Positions 9,726-19,512 are shown, counted from the stretch's first letter. The stretch is DNA of 29,314 nt from a bacterium (GCA_037137535.1 JBAXKC010000031.1:1-29314), one strand, 5' to 3'. Translations and numbers: made by a program. Notes: generated by a model not told the origin, from the sequence alone.

Positions 9726-12029
9726 ATGGATAAAACTTTAAAAAAACTTATAGATAAGTGTCAAATTATATCATTTGATATTTTTGACACTTGTTTATTG
9801 AGAAATACTGTAAAGCCTGAAGATGTTTTTTCATTTGTTTCAGAAAAATTTTCTTATCCTGAGTTTTATTCAAATAGAATGGAGGCTGAAAATAATGCTA
9901 GAAAAATCTTTGTTGAAAAAGAAGAAATAACTTTTGATGATATTTATTCTGAGCTAAAAGTTCTCAGTGGATTGGCGGATGATGAAATTAATAAACTTCA
10001 ACTCAAAGAGCTGGCATGTGAAAAGGCATTAATTGTTCAAAATCCATATTTGTTCGAGATTTATAATTATGCAGTTGCTCAAAAGAAAAGAATAATTTTT
10101 ATTTCTGATATGTATTTGCCCGAACTTTTTATTAAAGATTTACTTTGTTCAAACGGCTATAACAATTATGAAAAGGTTTTTCTCTCTTCGATTGAAAACC
10201 TTACAAAATCATCGGGTAATCTTTACGATAAAGTAGTAAAAGAAATAAATATTAAAGCCTGTGATATATTGCATATTGGCGATAATTACAAAACAGATTT
10301 CTTAAATGCCCAAAAAGCGGGATTTAATGCTTTTCATTATGAAAAACCTTTAAAAAGAGCTGTTGATAAAGATTTTTTTAAAACAGAATTTTCTTTTGTT
10401 AATCCCTTTGAAAAACTTTCACCTGTTGAAAGCCTTTTTATCGGTTTAATTATAAATAAGTTTTTTTCTTCTCCAAATTATAAAAATAATTTCTGGCATG
10501 ATTTTGGTTATAAAAATGTCGGAATTATGTTTTTTGGTTTTATAAGCTGGATAATTCGTAACATAAAGGATGTTGATAAGGTTTATTTTCTTGCAAGAGA
10601 TGGATTTATAATGAAAAAGGCTTATGAGACTTTAACTGCATTTAATAATAATGTTATTTTAGCCGAATATCTTTATGCTTCAAGGCAGGCTTATGTTATA
10701 CCGTCTTTTTCAACTTCGTTAAGTGAAAAAGATTATGAATATTTAGTAAATGGGCCAAGAGGGCTAAGTGTTGCAGATTACTTGCAACGTGCGGGATTAA
10801 CTCCTGAAACTTATATAAATAAAATAAAAAAAGCAGGTTTTCATTCTATTTCGTCAAAGGTAAAAAGCGGTAGTGATTATGCAAAATTACAGACTTTATT
10901 ATATTTTTTAGAGTCTGATATTTTAAAGAGTGCCTCTGTTTTAAATAAAAATTTATATGATTATTTAGAGAAAAAAGAAATAATTCGTTCAAGCAAATTC
11001 GCAATTGTGGATATAGGCTGGAACGGCTCAATGCAGAAAGCCTTAGATAAAATTCTTAAAATGAATAATTTATCTCCGCAAATAAAAGGACTTTATTTAG
11101 GTACGTTTTATGGGGCTAATGATTTAAGACTTAATGGTTATGATATAAAGGGCTGGCTGTTTGATTGTGAAAAACCTGCTGAATTTGTTTCCATAATTAA
11201 AAAAGCTGTTGCTATTTTTGAATTTATTCATCTTGCCCCTGAGGGTAGCGTTAAAAGGTTTGAGCAAAAAAATGCTCATATCGTCCCTGTTTTTGATGAG
11301 GATTGTAATAAGCAGAAAATAAAAAAGGCAATGTCTTTACAGCAAGGAGCAATAGAGTTTTTAGAAGACTTTATGTCTGCTCAAAAAAGGCTTGGCGAAG
11401 AATTTTATGTTTCATCACAAATATCAATAAGTCCATTGAAACGGTTTATTTTAAATCCTACCTTTGAAGAAGCAGTTAAATTTGGAGATTTATCCCATAA
11501 AGATTTGAATTCTTCAATAAAAATTGCCGCACCGCCGCTATTTTTTATCAGAAAATTATTTCCGTTTTTAGAAAAAAAAGCTTATGAAAAATCGCTCTGG
11601 AAAGAGGGGTATAACAAGAGAATAGAATCTTATTGTTTTAATCCGAAAAAAACCGTTAAACCTCAAAAAGATTTTGATATTGAGATGATATTAAAATCAA
11701 AACATTTTAATAAAAACTTAAAAAAACTAAAGTCAAAATATAAGAATAAAAAGATATTATTCTATGGTGCAGGGCTTCTTGCTGAAAAATTTGTAGAAAA
11801 TGCAGATTTAACAGGGCTGGATATTATCGGTTTTTTAGATAAAAATCACGAAAAAACAGGACAGAAAATAGGACAATATCCTATATTTCATCCTGAAATA
11901 ATAAAGAAATCAGCTCCCGATGTACTGGTTTTAAGCGTATTGCAAAAAGATTATGTGCTACCTTATCTTGAGCTTATAAAAGCTCAAAAGGGGCTTTCTT
12001 TTTTAATAATTGATGATTTGTTTATTTAA
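9726..12029 (+). CDS. HAD phosphatase + glycan phosphoribosyltransferase-like domain + C-terminal Rossmann-like module (putative ribofuranosyltransferase)
   Basis: HAD motifs SFDIFDT, ISDMY, HIGDN..D; FLARDG and VDIGWNGSMQ; C-terminal FYGAG domain. Confidence 0.7.
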   Translation: MDKTLKKLIDKCQIISFDIFDTCLLRNTVKPEDVFSFVSEKFSYPEFYSNRMEAENNARKIFVEKEEITFDDIYSELKVLSGLADDEINKLQLKELACEKALIVQNPYLFEIYNYAVAQKKRIIFISDMYLPELFIKDLLCSNGYNNYEKVFLSSIENLTKSSGNLYDKVVKEINIKACDILHIGDNYKTDFLNAQKAGFNAFHYEKPLKRAVDKDFFKTEFSFVNPFEKLSPVESLFIGLIINKFFSSPNYKNNFWHDFGYKNVGIMFFGFISWIIRNIKDVDKVYFLARDGFIMKKAYETLTAFNNNVILAEYLYASRQAYVIPSFSTSLSEKDYEYLVNGPRGLSVADYLQRAGLTPETYINKIKKAGFHSISSKVKSGSDYAKLQTLLYFLESDILKSASVLNKNLYDYLEKKEIIRSSKFAIVDIGWNGSMQKALDKILKMNNLSPQIKGLYLGTFYGANDLRLNGYDIKGWLFDCEKPAEFVSIIKKAVAIFEFIHLAPEGSVKRFEQKNAHIVPVFDEDCNKQKIKKAMSLQQGAIEFLEDFMSAQKRLGEEFYVSSQISISPLKRFILNPTFEEAVKFGDLSHKDLNSSIKIAAPPLFFIRKLFPFLEKKAYEKSLWKEGYNKRIESYCFNPKKTVKPQKDFDIEMILKSKHFNKNLKKLKSKYKNKKILFYGAGLLAEKFVENADLTGLDIIGFLDKNHEKTGQKIGQYPIFHPEIIKKSAPDVLVLSVLQKDYVLPYLELIKAQKGLSFLIIDDLFI

Positions 12030-12825
12030 AAGCAATCGTAATATTCATAAATTCCATATCGTCATAATCAAGATAGTTTGATACTTCGTTATGACCAGTT
12101 TGAACGGATAATTCATTTAATGAATTAGGTATAAGCAAAGCAGCAGGGAAGCTAATTACTTGATTATCGCCGTTTATTCTTAGTTCGCCTATTTTTTTAG
12201 AGTTTAAATAAATAGTTGAAGGTGTGCTGTAACTGTTTATTTTTATGTGGGAAAGTTTTCTTGATATTAAAGTATCTAAGCCTATTATTGAGCCTATTTT
12301 TAAAGAGGCTTTTTGATCTGCAGGAACATCTCCCACATAAAACCTTTTATTAAAAGTAGAACCGCCTGCACTTATTTGAAATTCTTCTGCATTTGCCGAA
12401 CTCGGAGAAAAATTGTTATCTCCGAGATGTCTGAGTGTCTCATCAACAACAAGAACATTTGAGGATGTTTTGCTTAATCCGACAGTAAAAGGCTTGTTTA
12501 AATTGTCCTTTTCTACAGTAAGGGAAAAAGGGTTGTATCCATCAGCACTTATGCCAAGTATTGCAGGGCCGTTTAAATTTGCTTTTATTGAAAAATATCC
12601 TTGAGAATCGGTTTTTGTCGAGAGTCCCATTGACGGTATAGTTACGTTTGCATTAGAAATAGGGCGACCTGTTTTAGAGTCAACTACTTTAAAGCTTTTA
12701 CCTATTTCTATAATCTGATTTTCATTTACTGCACCGTTTAGAGTTTCCGCAAATGAAATATTATTTGTTTCTAAAGTTAATACGGTTAAAAATATAATAA
12801 AAATTCTTGTGAAATCTTTACGCAT
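12022..12825 (-). CDS. Exported protein with carboxypeptidase-regulatory-like (prealbumin-type) domain and uncharacterised beta-rich C-domain
   Basis: Signal-like N-terminus; VVDSKTGRPISNANVTI...TDSQGYF...ISADGY; 8-nt convergent overlap with the HAD gene. Confidence 0.7.
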   Translation of the reverse strand: MRKDFTRIFIIFLTVLTLETNNISFAETLNGAVNENQIIEIGKSFKVVDSKTGRPISNANVTIPSMGLSTKTDSQGYFSIKANLNGPAILGISADGYNPFSLTVEKDNLNKPFTVGLSKTSSNVLVVDETLRHLGDNNFSPSSANAEEFQISAGGSTFNKRFYVGDVPADQKASLKIGSIIGLDTLISRKLSHIKINSYSTPSTIYLNSKKIGELRINGDNQVISFPAALLIPNSLNELSVQTGHNEVSNYLDYDDMEFMNITIAFK

Positions 12826-12914
12826 AACCTCATCTCCTCTAACTCATAATAAAAAGTTTAAGGTTATAAGGTTATCTTTCCAATCGAAAAAAGTCTTAGT
12901 AATAAAGTATTGTA

Positions 12915-13370
12915 TTAGTATCTGTCTTTTAGTGCTCTGTCAACTTCACGTTTTAGATCTTTTTTAGCAAGAGTTTCTCTCTTATCATGGAGATTTTTGC
13001 CTTTTGCTATTGCAATTTCTATTTTTGCCCATCCATTGCTTAGAAATAGTTTTGTAGGAACAATTGTATTCCCTGATTCTTTGGTTTTACCTATGAGTTT
13101 ATTTATTTCTTCCTTGCGTAATAATAATTTTCTTTTGCGTAAAGATGGCTGATTATAAACATTTCCTTGTTCATAAGGGCTAATATGAGCATTATAAAGC
13201 CATGCTTCGCCGCTCTCTATTTTTACGAAGCTGTCTTTTAAGTTTACTTTTCCGGCTCTTACCGCTTTGATTTCTGTCCCCGTAAGAACAATTCCAGCCT
13301 GATACTTATCATAAATATGATATTCATGATAAGCGTGTTTATTTGAACTTATTAATTTTTCATTGCTCAT
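12915..13370 (-). CDS. smpB: SsrA-binding protein
   Basis: NKHAYHEY, AGIVLTGTEIKAVR, RKRKLLL, AKGKNLHDKRE; ATG 13370 fits family length better than 13388. Confidence 0.97.
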   Translation of the reverse strand: MSNEKLISSNKHAYHEYHIYDKYQAGIVLTGTEIKAVRAGKVNLKDSFVKIESGEAWLYNAHISPYEQGNVYNQPSLRKRKLLLRKEEINKLIGKTKESGNTIVPTKLFLSNGWAKIEIAIAKGKNLHDKRETLAKKDLKREVDRALKDRY

Positions 13371-13472
13371 AATTTTTACCAAATACATTAAAAAACTGAT
13401 TATTATTACTTAATAAAAACATATAATGAAGAATACTACAATAATAATTTTTACTATAGTCTAAGGATTTTT

Positions 13473-13937
13473 ATGCTTATAAATTGTAACAAATGCGGCA
13501 CATTATTTCAAAAACGATTAAGAGATATATGTGATTCTTGCTTGAATGAAGAAAAAAACTTTGTTGAGGCGATAGAGACTTATGTGCAAAGATCTGTCGG
13601 TGTGTTTGTTTCAATGCATGAAATAAGTGAAGGTACAGGTATTGATATCGGTAAAATTACCGAACTTTATAAGAAAGGAAGGCTTTCTGATGTAGCGGCA
13701 AGGCTTTCTGTAAAGTGTTCCATTTGCGGCGCTGAAATAAAAGGCATAACTAAAAAAGGACATTTTTGCGTAAAATGCTACGATGAGTTTAAAAAAGAAA
13801 ATACGAAAACTCCTGTAAAGCCAAGCGAAGGTCATCCTATGCTCAGGAATTTCGATAAAAATATTGTTCATACCCGTAAAAATGTTGATGCCGATGAACG
13901 AATGAAATTTGGTTTTAAAAAAAGTTCGGACGAGTAG
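13473..13937 (+). CDS. YvyF-like flagellar-operon zinc-finger/HTH protein
   Basis: NCxxCG.LF...ICxxC, central HTH (ISEGTGI...KGRL), second CxxCG...CxxC. Confidence 0.65.
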   Translation: MLINCNKCGTLFQKRLRDICDSCLNEEKNFVEAIETYVQRSVGVFVSMHEISEGTGIDIGKITELYKKGRLSDVAARLSVKCSICGAEIKGITKKGHFCVKCYDEFKKENTKTPVKPSEGHPMLRNFDKNIVHTRKNVDADERMKFGFKKSSDE

Positions 13938-14048
13938 AAAAATCAATTTGGATTATTAAAATTACATATGTAATAATGTGGTCATAAGTTTAATATACTA
14001 ATTACTTAATCAGGTTAGGCTAAATAATTATAAGGAAAAGTTTAAAGG

Positions 14049-14681
14049 ATGCGTGTAGTTCAGATTTTTTTGTTATGTCTTATTTTACCGTTTCTATCTG
14101 CTTTTATGTCAGAAAAAAGTTCTAATCTTACCGAAAATGCAGACAAGTATGCACAAGTAACAAAAGACCCTCGTATAGTCAAAGCTCTTGATTTTATGGA
14201 CGGCACAACAGGCGATTGGGCTAAAAAAGCAATATTGGGCAATAATGTTTCAGGTAAGCCTATGAAAATTTTATTTAAAAATTTATCTTCTCTTTCTCCT
14301 GCTTATACTAATTTTGATGCGTTAGGATGGCAGGGGGCAAACGGTCAGTTATTTATCTACCTTAATATGAAACATCAGGATGCTCCTCCTGAAGCTCTTG
14401 CAAGTACATTAAGCCATGAAGCGGTTCATCAGGATGCTTATTGTTCAATAGAAGAAGAAACCTATGCTTGGGGTTATGAAGCTGATGTCTGGATACAAAT
14501 GAAAAAAAGAAATCCTGAGTTAAATAATTTATCTAATACAATTCCTCTTGTAAAAAGATTAAACACTTTAGAATCTTTGTTTAAAGGTTCTAATTATACA
14601 ACAGCTTCAATTAGAAAAGTTGTCGCTTCAAATCCTGGTTATCAAGGTTTACCACTATATTCCCCCGGTTTTGGTCAATAA
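14049..14681 (+). CDS. Exported hypothetical protein with HExxH (zincin-like) motif
   Basis: Hydrophobic signal; LSHEAVH followed by SIEEET. Confidence 0.6.
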   Translation: MRVVQIFLLCLILPFLSAFMSEKSSNLTENADKYAQVTKDPRIVKALDFMDGTTGDWAKKAILGNNVSGKPMKILFKNLSSLSPAYTNFDALGWQGANGQLFIYLNMKHQDAPPEALASTLSHEAVHQDAYCSIEEETYAWGYEADVWIQMKKRNPELNNLSNTIPLVKRLNTLESLFKGSNYTTASIRKVVASNPGYQGLPLYSPGFGQ

Positions 14682-14693
14682 AATCAATTATTG

Positions 14694-14720
14694 AAATCCT
14701 CGCTTTTGCGGGGATTTTTT
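14694..14720 (+). terminator. Intrinsic terminator
   Basis: AAATCCTCGC-TTTT-GCGGGGATTT plus T run. Confidence 0.8.
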
Positions 14721-14811
14721 AATGTCAAAATTAAATTATAAGGCTGATTGTTTTGGACTTTTTAATGATATAATTAAGCTGCAAATTTATATTTTGGAGG
14801 TTTAATTACTT

Positions 14812-15573
14812 ATGAATAGAGCGATCACAAACCTTAGAGAAAGCTTAAATGAGAGAACATGCGTTAAAGTTATCGCAGGTATCGATAATTTTGATGCTGA
14901 AAAAGTTAGAAAAGTTGTAATTGCAGCTGAAAGAGGCGGAGCAAATGCAGTAGATATAGCAGCAAGTGTAGAACTTATTGAAATGGTAAAAGAAATTACA
15001 ACACTTCCTGTGTTTGTATCTTCAATTTGCCCTGAAGAACTCGCTATGGCTGTAAATGCTGGTGCTGATGCTCTTGAAGTTGGAAACTATGACGCTTTAT
15101 ACAAAAATGGCGAAAGAGTAACAGCTGCTCAAGTTCTTGAAATTACAAGAAAAACAAGAGAATTAGTCGGGAATGACGTTTTCTTAAGCGTTACAGTTCC
15201 TGGTCATATTTCAGTTGAAGAGCAAATTGTTCTTGCTCAATCTCTTGAAGAAATGAAAATTGATCTTATCCAAACTGAAGGTGCTGCAACTGTTGACGCT
15301 AAAAGTGCAGGAGCAAGAGGTCTTTTAGAAACAGCTCAAGTTTCAATCGCTAACACAATTGAACTTGTAAGAAATGTTGAAGTTCCTGTTATGACTGCTA
15401 GCGGTATCGGCGTAACAACAGCTCCTATGGCTTTAGCTGCAGGTGCATCTGCTGTTGGTATCGGTTCAAGCGTAAATAAATTGAACTCACAGATTGAAAT
15501 GATTGCAAGTGTTATGTCAATCGTTGAAGCTGTTAGAGAATCAAGAAATGTAAAATCAAAAGAATTAGTGTAA
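14812..15573 (+). CDS. DUF561 / Ycf23-like TIM-barrel protein
   Basis: VKVIAGIDNFD, AVDIAA, EVGNYD, LSVTVP, IQTEG, ASG, GIGS motifs of cyanobacterial/plastid Ycf23. Confidence 0.85.
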   Translation: MNRAITNLRESLNERTCVKVIAGIDNFDAEKVRKVVIAAERGGANAVDIAASVELIEMVKEITTLPVFVSSICPEELAMAVNAGADALEVGNYDALYKNGERVTAAQVLEITRKTRELVGNDVFLSVTVPGHISVEEQIVLAQSLEEMKIDLIQTEGAATVDAKSAGARGLLETAQVSIANTIELVRNVEVPVMTASGIGVTTAPMALAAGASAVGIGSSVNKLNSQIEMIASVMSIVEAVRESRNVKSKELV

Positions 15574-15594
15574 GCTGATTTTTTAAAATTAAAC

Positions 15595-15630
15595 AAATGG
15601 CGGACTGATTTATTTTAGTCCGCTATTTTT
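15595..15630 (+). terminator. Intrinsic terminator
   Basis: AAATGGCGGACTGA...TTAGTCCGCTATTT. Confidence 0.8.
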
Positions 15631-15796
15631 ATACTCAACAAGGAATATAACGAAATGAAAAGATGAGTATTTTGCCTTGAAACCATTATAAGTATTGAAT
15701 CATGGCTTTTTTATGTAATTTGACGACTTTTTTAAAATTTATTTATTATGCTATATTATGATTACATTTGGTTGTGGATTCATAAGGGGCAGAGAG

Positions 15797-16369
15797 TTGA
15801 ACAGCACTTTAACGTCGCCAAAAGGCATAAAGACTGAAAAAATAAAAGAAATATTTTCTCCTGAAGAAGTAAAATTAATCTTAGGGAGTGATTTTCAAGA
15901 AATAAAAACACTTTGTCAGAAAGTAAATGTAACTCCGAAAAAAGACAGCAGAACCGGAAAAACATTTTTCTTTAAAAATGACATTGAGCTTTTGAAAAAA
16001 ATAAAAGATCTTCATGAAAGAACTGAAGAAATAGCAAGACAACAGAAAAGCAAACAGCTTTCCGTTCAAAATAAAATTACAAAAGTTGATTCGGCTGAAT
16101 CAGTTGAAGTTCAAAAATTAATAAGTGCAGTAATTGATACAAGAGAAAATGTAGTTGATCGAATTACAAAAGTTCTTGAAGATAAACTTGACGGGCTTGA
16201 CGATATAATTGTTGAATTAGTTAAAAGCAAAACTGAAATAGAAAAATTGAGACAAAAGCTTGAAGAAGCTACAAAAGAAAATTATAGGCTTAAAAAAGAA
16301 AATGACACCTTTAAGCCGGCAGGATTCGGATTATTCGTAAAAAGAAAACCTCACAATAATTTAAAATAG
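15797..16369 (+). CDS. MerR-type HTH + coiled-coil protein (RacA-like)
   Basis: FSPEEVKLILG...TGKTFFFKNDIELLKKIK then heptad repeats; in-frame TTG 15797 follows AAGGGG, so it is preferred over ATG 15758. Confidence 0.55.
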   Translation: MNSTLTSPKGIKTEKIKEIFSPEEVKLILGSDFQEIKTLCQKVNVTPKKDSRTGKTFFFKNDIELLKKIKDLHERTEEIARQQKSKQLSVQNKITKVDSAESVEVQKLISAVIDTRENVVDRITKVLEDKLDGLDDIIVELVKSKTEIEKLRQKLEEATKENYRLKKENDTFKPAGFGLFVKRKPHNNLK

Positions 16370-16387
16370 TTTTCAAATATATAAAAT

Positions 16388-16415
16388 AAAAATCGACCAT
16401 AACGGTCGATTTTTT
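16388..16415. terminator. Bidirectional terminator
   Basis: AAAAATCGACC-ATAAC-GGTCGATTTTT between convergent genes. Confidence 0.85.
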
Positions 16416-16416
16416 G

Positions 16417-17616
16417 TTATACAAATAAATTTTGTTCAATTTCGGTTTTTAGATTTTCTTTTTTTATAATCTCGCTTAAATATGGGATTACGGTGTTTTT
16501 TTGTAATACCGCAAGAGCAATAATATCGGGACTTAACTCTTTTATTTTGTCCGCTCCGAATATTTCATATTCTCCGATTTTCTGCCCGATTTTTTGAGGG
16601 TTCTGGTCAATAAAACCTATTATATTTAGTTTTGAAGTATCAAATTGTCTGATTATTTCCTGTGCGAATTTTCCTGCTCCATAAAAACATATTTTTTTGT
16701 CGGAATTGTTTTCAACAAAATTATTAAATCTGTCTTTTATTTCGGGATTATTGATTACTTTAATTAAATCAACTCTTGAGCGTTCTTCACTCATAAAGCC
16801 TGATTCTATGCTTTTTGCCATATTTACCAGAAAACCGAGTCCGGTTTTGCCTTCTTGTATATCATTTCTTAGCATGCGGTTTCTTATGTGTGTTTCGTAA
16901 AATCTTAGTGTTGATTCGTTTGAGATGACAGAATTAGCAAAATCACCTTTAAATACATCACATCTTTGATGGTAATAACAAAGTGTTTCAGGAATTACTG
17001 CTATTTCAAATTTTGATAAAAATCTTAAATTGAATTCCCAATCTTCCATAAATTCAAGCTTTTCGTCATAATAACCTATTTCTTTAAAAACAGAGGTTTT
17101 GTATAAAAAACTTGTTGGCGGAAATACATTTTCTATTGCAATTCTGTATAAGCTGATAAGTGCGGATAAATGGGAATTATAGATTTCATTGTATAAAGGT
17201 TTAATTTCATTTTCTAAAACTTGTTCAATTATTTTTAAACTATGAACAACAACTCCTGCAATGTCCGAGTTAGGTTTATTATCAAGAAAATCAACACATT
17301 TCTCTAAAAATTGAGGATGCCATGTGTCATCATCGTCATGTATAATCGAATATTCTGTATTTAATGCTTTAAAGCCTACCGTAGCAGAAGCTCCAAGTTT
17401 TAAGTTTGTTTCATTATAAATTATTGAGTATCTCTCGCCTAGTCTGGATTTAAAAGAGTCTACTAACTTTTCTAAAATCTCACGATCTCCATAATCATTA
17501 ACGATTACTAACGACCAGTCAGTAAAAGTCTGATTTAAAATATCTTCAAGTGCTCTTTTTAAAAATAACGGACGGTCTTTTGTTCTTATAACTATTCCTA
17601 CTTTGCCGATTTTCAT
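16417..17616 (-). CDS. GT2 family glycosyltransferase with C-terminal Rossmann-like module
   Basis: IVIRTKDR, VIVND, HDDDD, EDWEFNLR; C-terminal FYGAG domain. Confidence 0.9.
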   Translation of the reverse strand: MKIGKVGIVIRTKDRPLFLKRALEDILNQTFTDWSLVIVNDYGDREILEKLVDSFKSRLGERYSIIYNETNLKLGASATVGFKALNTEYSIIHDDDDTWHPQFLEKCVDFLDNKPNSDIAGVVVHSLKIIEQVLENEIKPLYNEIYNSHLSALISLYRIAIENVFPPTSFLYKTSVFKEIGYYDEKLEFMEDWEFNLRFLSKFEIAVIPETLCYYHQRCDVFKGDFANSVISNESTLRFYETHIRNRMLRNDIQEGKTGLGFLVNMAKSIESGFMSEERSRVDLIKVINNPEIKDRFNNFVENNSDKKICFYGAGKFAQEIIRQFDTSKLNIIGFIDQNPQKIGQKIGEYEIFGADKIKELSPDIIALAVLQKNTVIPYLSEIIKKENLKTEIEQNLFV

Positions 17617-17804
17617 AAATTCTCCAATAACGAAACTGAAATTTTGATTATTTAGCTTAAAAATTATACATTAAAAGCCATTATTCTAAATCAAACTTAT
17701 AATTTACTTATTTTGTTGTCAAAATTTGTAAAGATCCTTTTAAATAGCTATTAATTTTTTTATTGTTTCTTTTTTAATCATTAACTAAAACAAGGGGGCT
17801 TTAT

Positions 17805-18188
17805 ATGAATATTAATAGTGGGCCACAACAGCACATCGGTTTCGGTATGTCATCATCAGCTGCTAAAAAAGTGGTTAATTACACCTTGAAAACTTCAGTA
17901 GTCACACATCCAGGTAAAGCTGCGCAAATGGCGGGGCAATCTATAGGGAATGTAGCAAAAAAGGCTCTTTATCCAGTCGCAAGCGCAACTGCAATTGTAC
18001 TTGATCATACAGTAAATCAAGCATTAGAGACAACGGTTCCACCTACCATAGGAACACTTGCAAGGGGGCTTAATGCTTGTAGTGAAGTAACAGGCGCAGT
18101 GTTTATAAAAGCTCCAATCGCAGTTATGGGTGCTATAACAGAGGGTGCTGAAAGAGTAGTCAGAAAGATTATTTACGGCAAAGTGTAA
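17805..18188 (+). CDS. Hypothetical Ala/Val-rich protein
   Basis: Strong AAGGGGG SD and its own terminator; no recognisable family. Confidence 0.65.
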   Translation: MNINSGPQQHIGFGMSSSAAKKVVNYTLKTSVVTHPGKAAQMAGQSIGNVAKKALYPVASATAIVLDHTVNQALETTVPPTIGTLARGLNACSEVTGAVFIKAPIAVMGAITEGAERVVRKIIYGKV

Positions 18189-18208
18189 GTTTATAATAGT
18201 TTTAAAAT

Positions 18209-18241
18209 CTCCCATAATTAATTATGGGAGGTATTTTTTTT
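18209..18241 (+). terminator. Intrinsic terminator
   Basis: CTCCCATAAT-TA-ATTATGGGAG followed by a T run. Confidence 0.8.
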
Positions 18242-18326
18242 AAATCATTAAACTCTCTTTCTAAATAGGTCTTTTTGTGCTACCCTTAACCGTGTTAGCG
18301 TAAGTATGAAATAGGTATAAAGAGAA

Positions 18327-19499
18327 ATGAGAGCATCTAAAAGATTAGATTTAATCCCTCCTTACATATTTGCTGAAATTGATAGAAAAATTGATGCTGC
18401 AAAAGCAAAAGGAATAGATATTATTAGTCTTGGTATCGGCGATCCTGATACTCCGACTTTACCGCATATTGTTGAGCAAATGCATAAATCCGTTGATGAT
18501 GCACAAACTCACAATTATCCTCCATATCAAGGCACAAAAGCATTTAGAGAAGAATGTGCAGTATGGATGAAAAACAGATTTGGCGTTGATCTTGATTCTG
18601 ATAGCGAAGTGCTTGCACTTATCGGGTCAAAAGAAGGTATTGCACATGTATTTTTTGCTTTCGTTGATGAAGGTGATTATACATTAGTTCCAGATCCCGG
18701 TTATCCTGTTTATAGAAATGCAACTATTCTTGCAGGTGGAACACCTTATTTAATGCCAATTAATCCAGAAAATAAATTTATGCCTGATCTTGATGCAATT
18801 CCTGAAGATGTTGCAAAAAAGGCAAAACTTATTTTCCTTAACTATCCAAACAATCCTACAGGTGCTGTCGGGTGTATGGAATACTTCAAAAAAGTTGTTG
18901 AATTTGCAAAAAAATATGATATTTTAATCTGTCATGACCAAGCATATTGTGAAATGACTTATGACGGTTATGTTGCGCCTAGTTTCTTAGAAATTGAAGG
19001 AGCTAAAGAGCGTACAATAGAATTTTTCTCCCACAGTAAAACCTATAACATGACTGGTTGGAGAATAGGTTGGGCTTGTGGTGGTGTAGAGCCAATGAAA
19101 GCTCTTTCCACAATCAAAAACAATATCGACAGCGGTGCATTTAAAGCAATTCAAGAAGCAGGTATAACTGCTCTTAAAACACCTCAAAGTCAAATTGACG
19201 AGCTTAATTTAATGTATCAGAAAAGACGTGACATTGTTGTTGCTGCTTTAAGAGAAATGGGCTGGGATATTGAGCCGACAAAAGCTACTTTCTATATCTG
19301 GCTTCCTACTCCAAAAGGAATGAGCGCTGTTGAATTTGTCGATATTATGCTTGAAAAAGCTAGAATCGTTGTTCCGCCTGGTACAGGATATGGTCCTAAC
19401 GGTGAAGGCTTCTTCCGTATCGCTCTTACAGTCGGAGAAGAAAGACTGAAAGAAGCTATGCAAAGAATGAAAGATGCGGGAATCCGTTACGAGAAGTAA
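18327..19499 (+). CDS. dapL: Class I PLP aminotransferase, LL-diaminopimelate aminotransferase-like
   Basis: PPYIFAEID, SLGIGDPD, GSKEG, NYPNNPTG, DQAY, SHSKTYNMTGWRIG; the fold is certain, the substrate is inferred. Confidence 0.75.
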   Translation: MRASKRLDLIPPYIFAEIDRKIDAAKAKGIDIISLGIGDPDTPTLPHIVEQMHKSVDDAQTHNYPPYQGTKAFREECAVWMKNRFGVDLDSDSEVLALIGSKEGIAHVFFAFVDEGDYTLVPDPGYPVYRNATILAGGTPYLMPINPENKFMPDLDAIPEDVAKKAKLIFLNYPNNPTGAVGCMEYFKKVVEFAKKYDILICHDQAYCEMTYDGYVAPSFLEIEGAKERTIEFFSHSKTYNMTGWRIGWACGGVEPMKALSTIKNNIDSGAFKAIQEAGITALKTPQSQIDELNLMYQKRRDIVVAALREMGWDIEPTKATFYIWLPTPKGMSAVEFVDIMLEKARIVVPPGTGYGPNGEGFFRIALTVGEERLKEAMQRMKDAGIRYEK

Positions 19500-19512
19500 G
19501 CATAATTTTAAT

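Noticed and set aside
12826..12914. tmRNA next to smpB
   Set aside because: Gap is too short and has no tRNA-like ends
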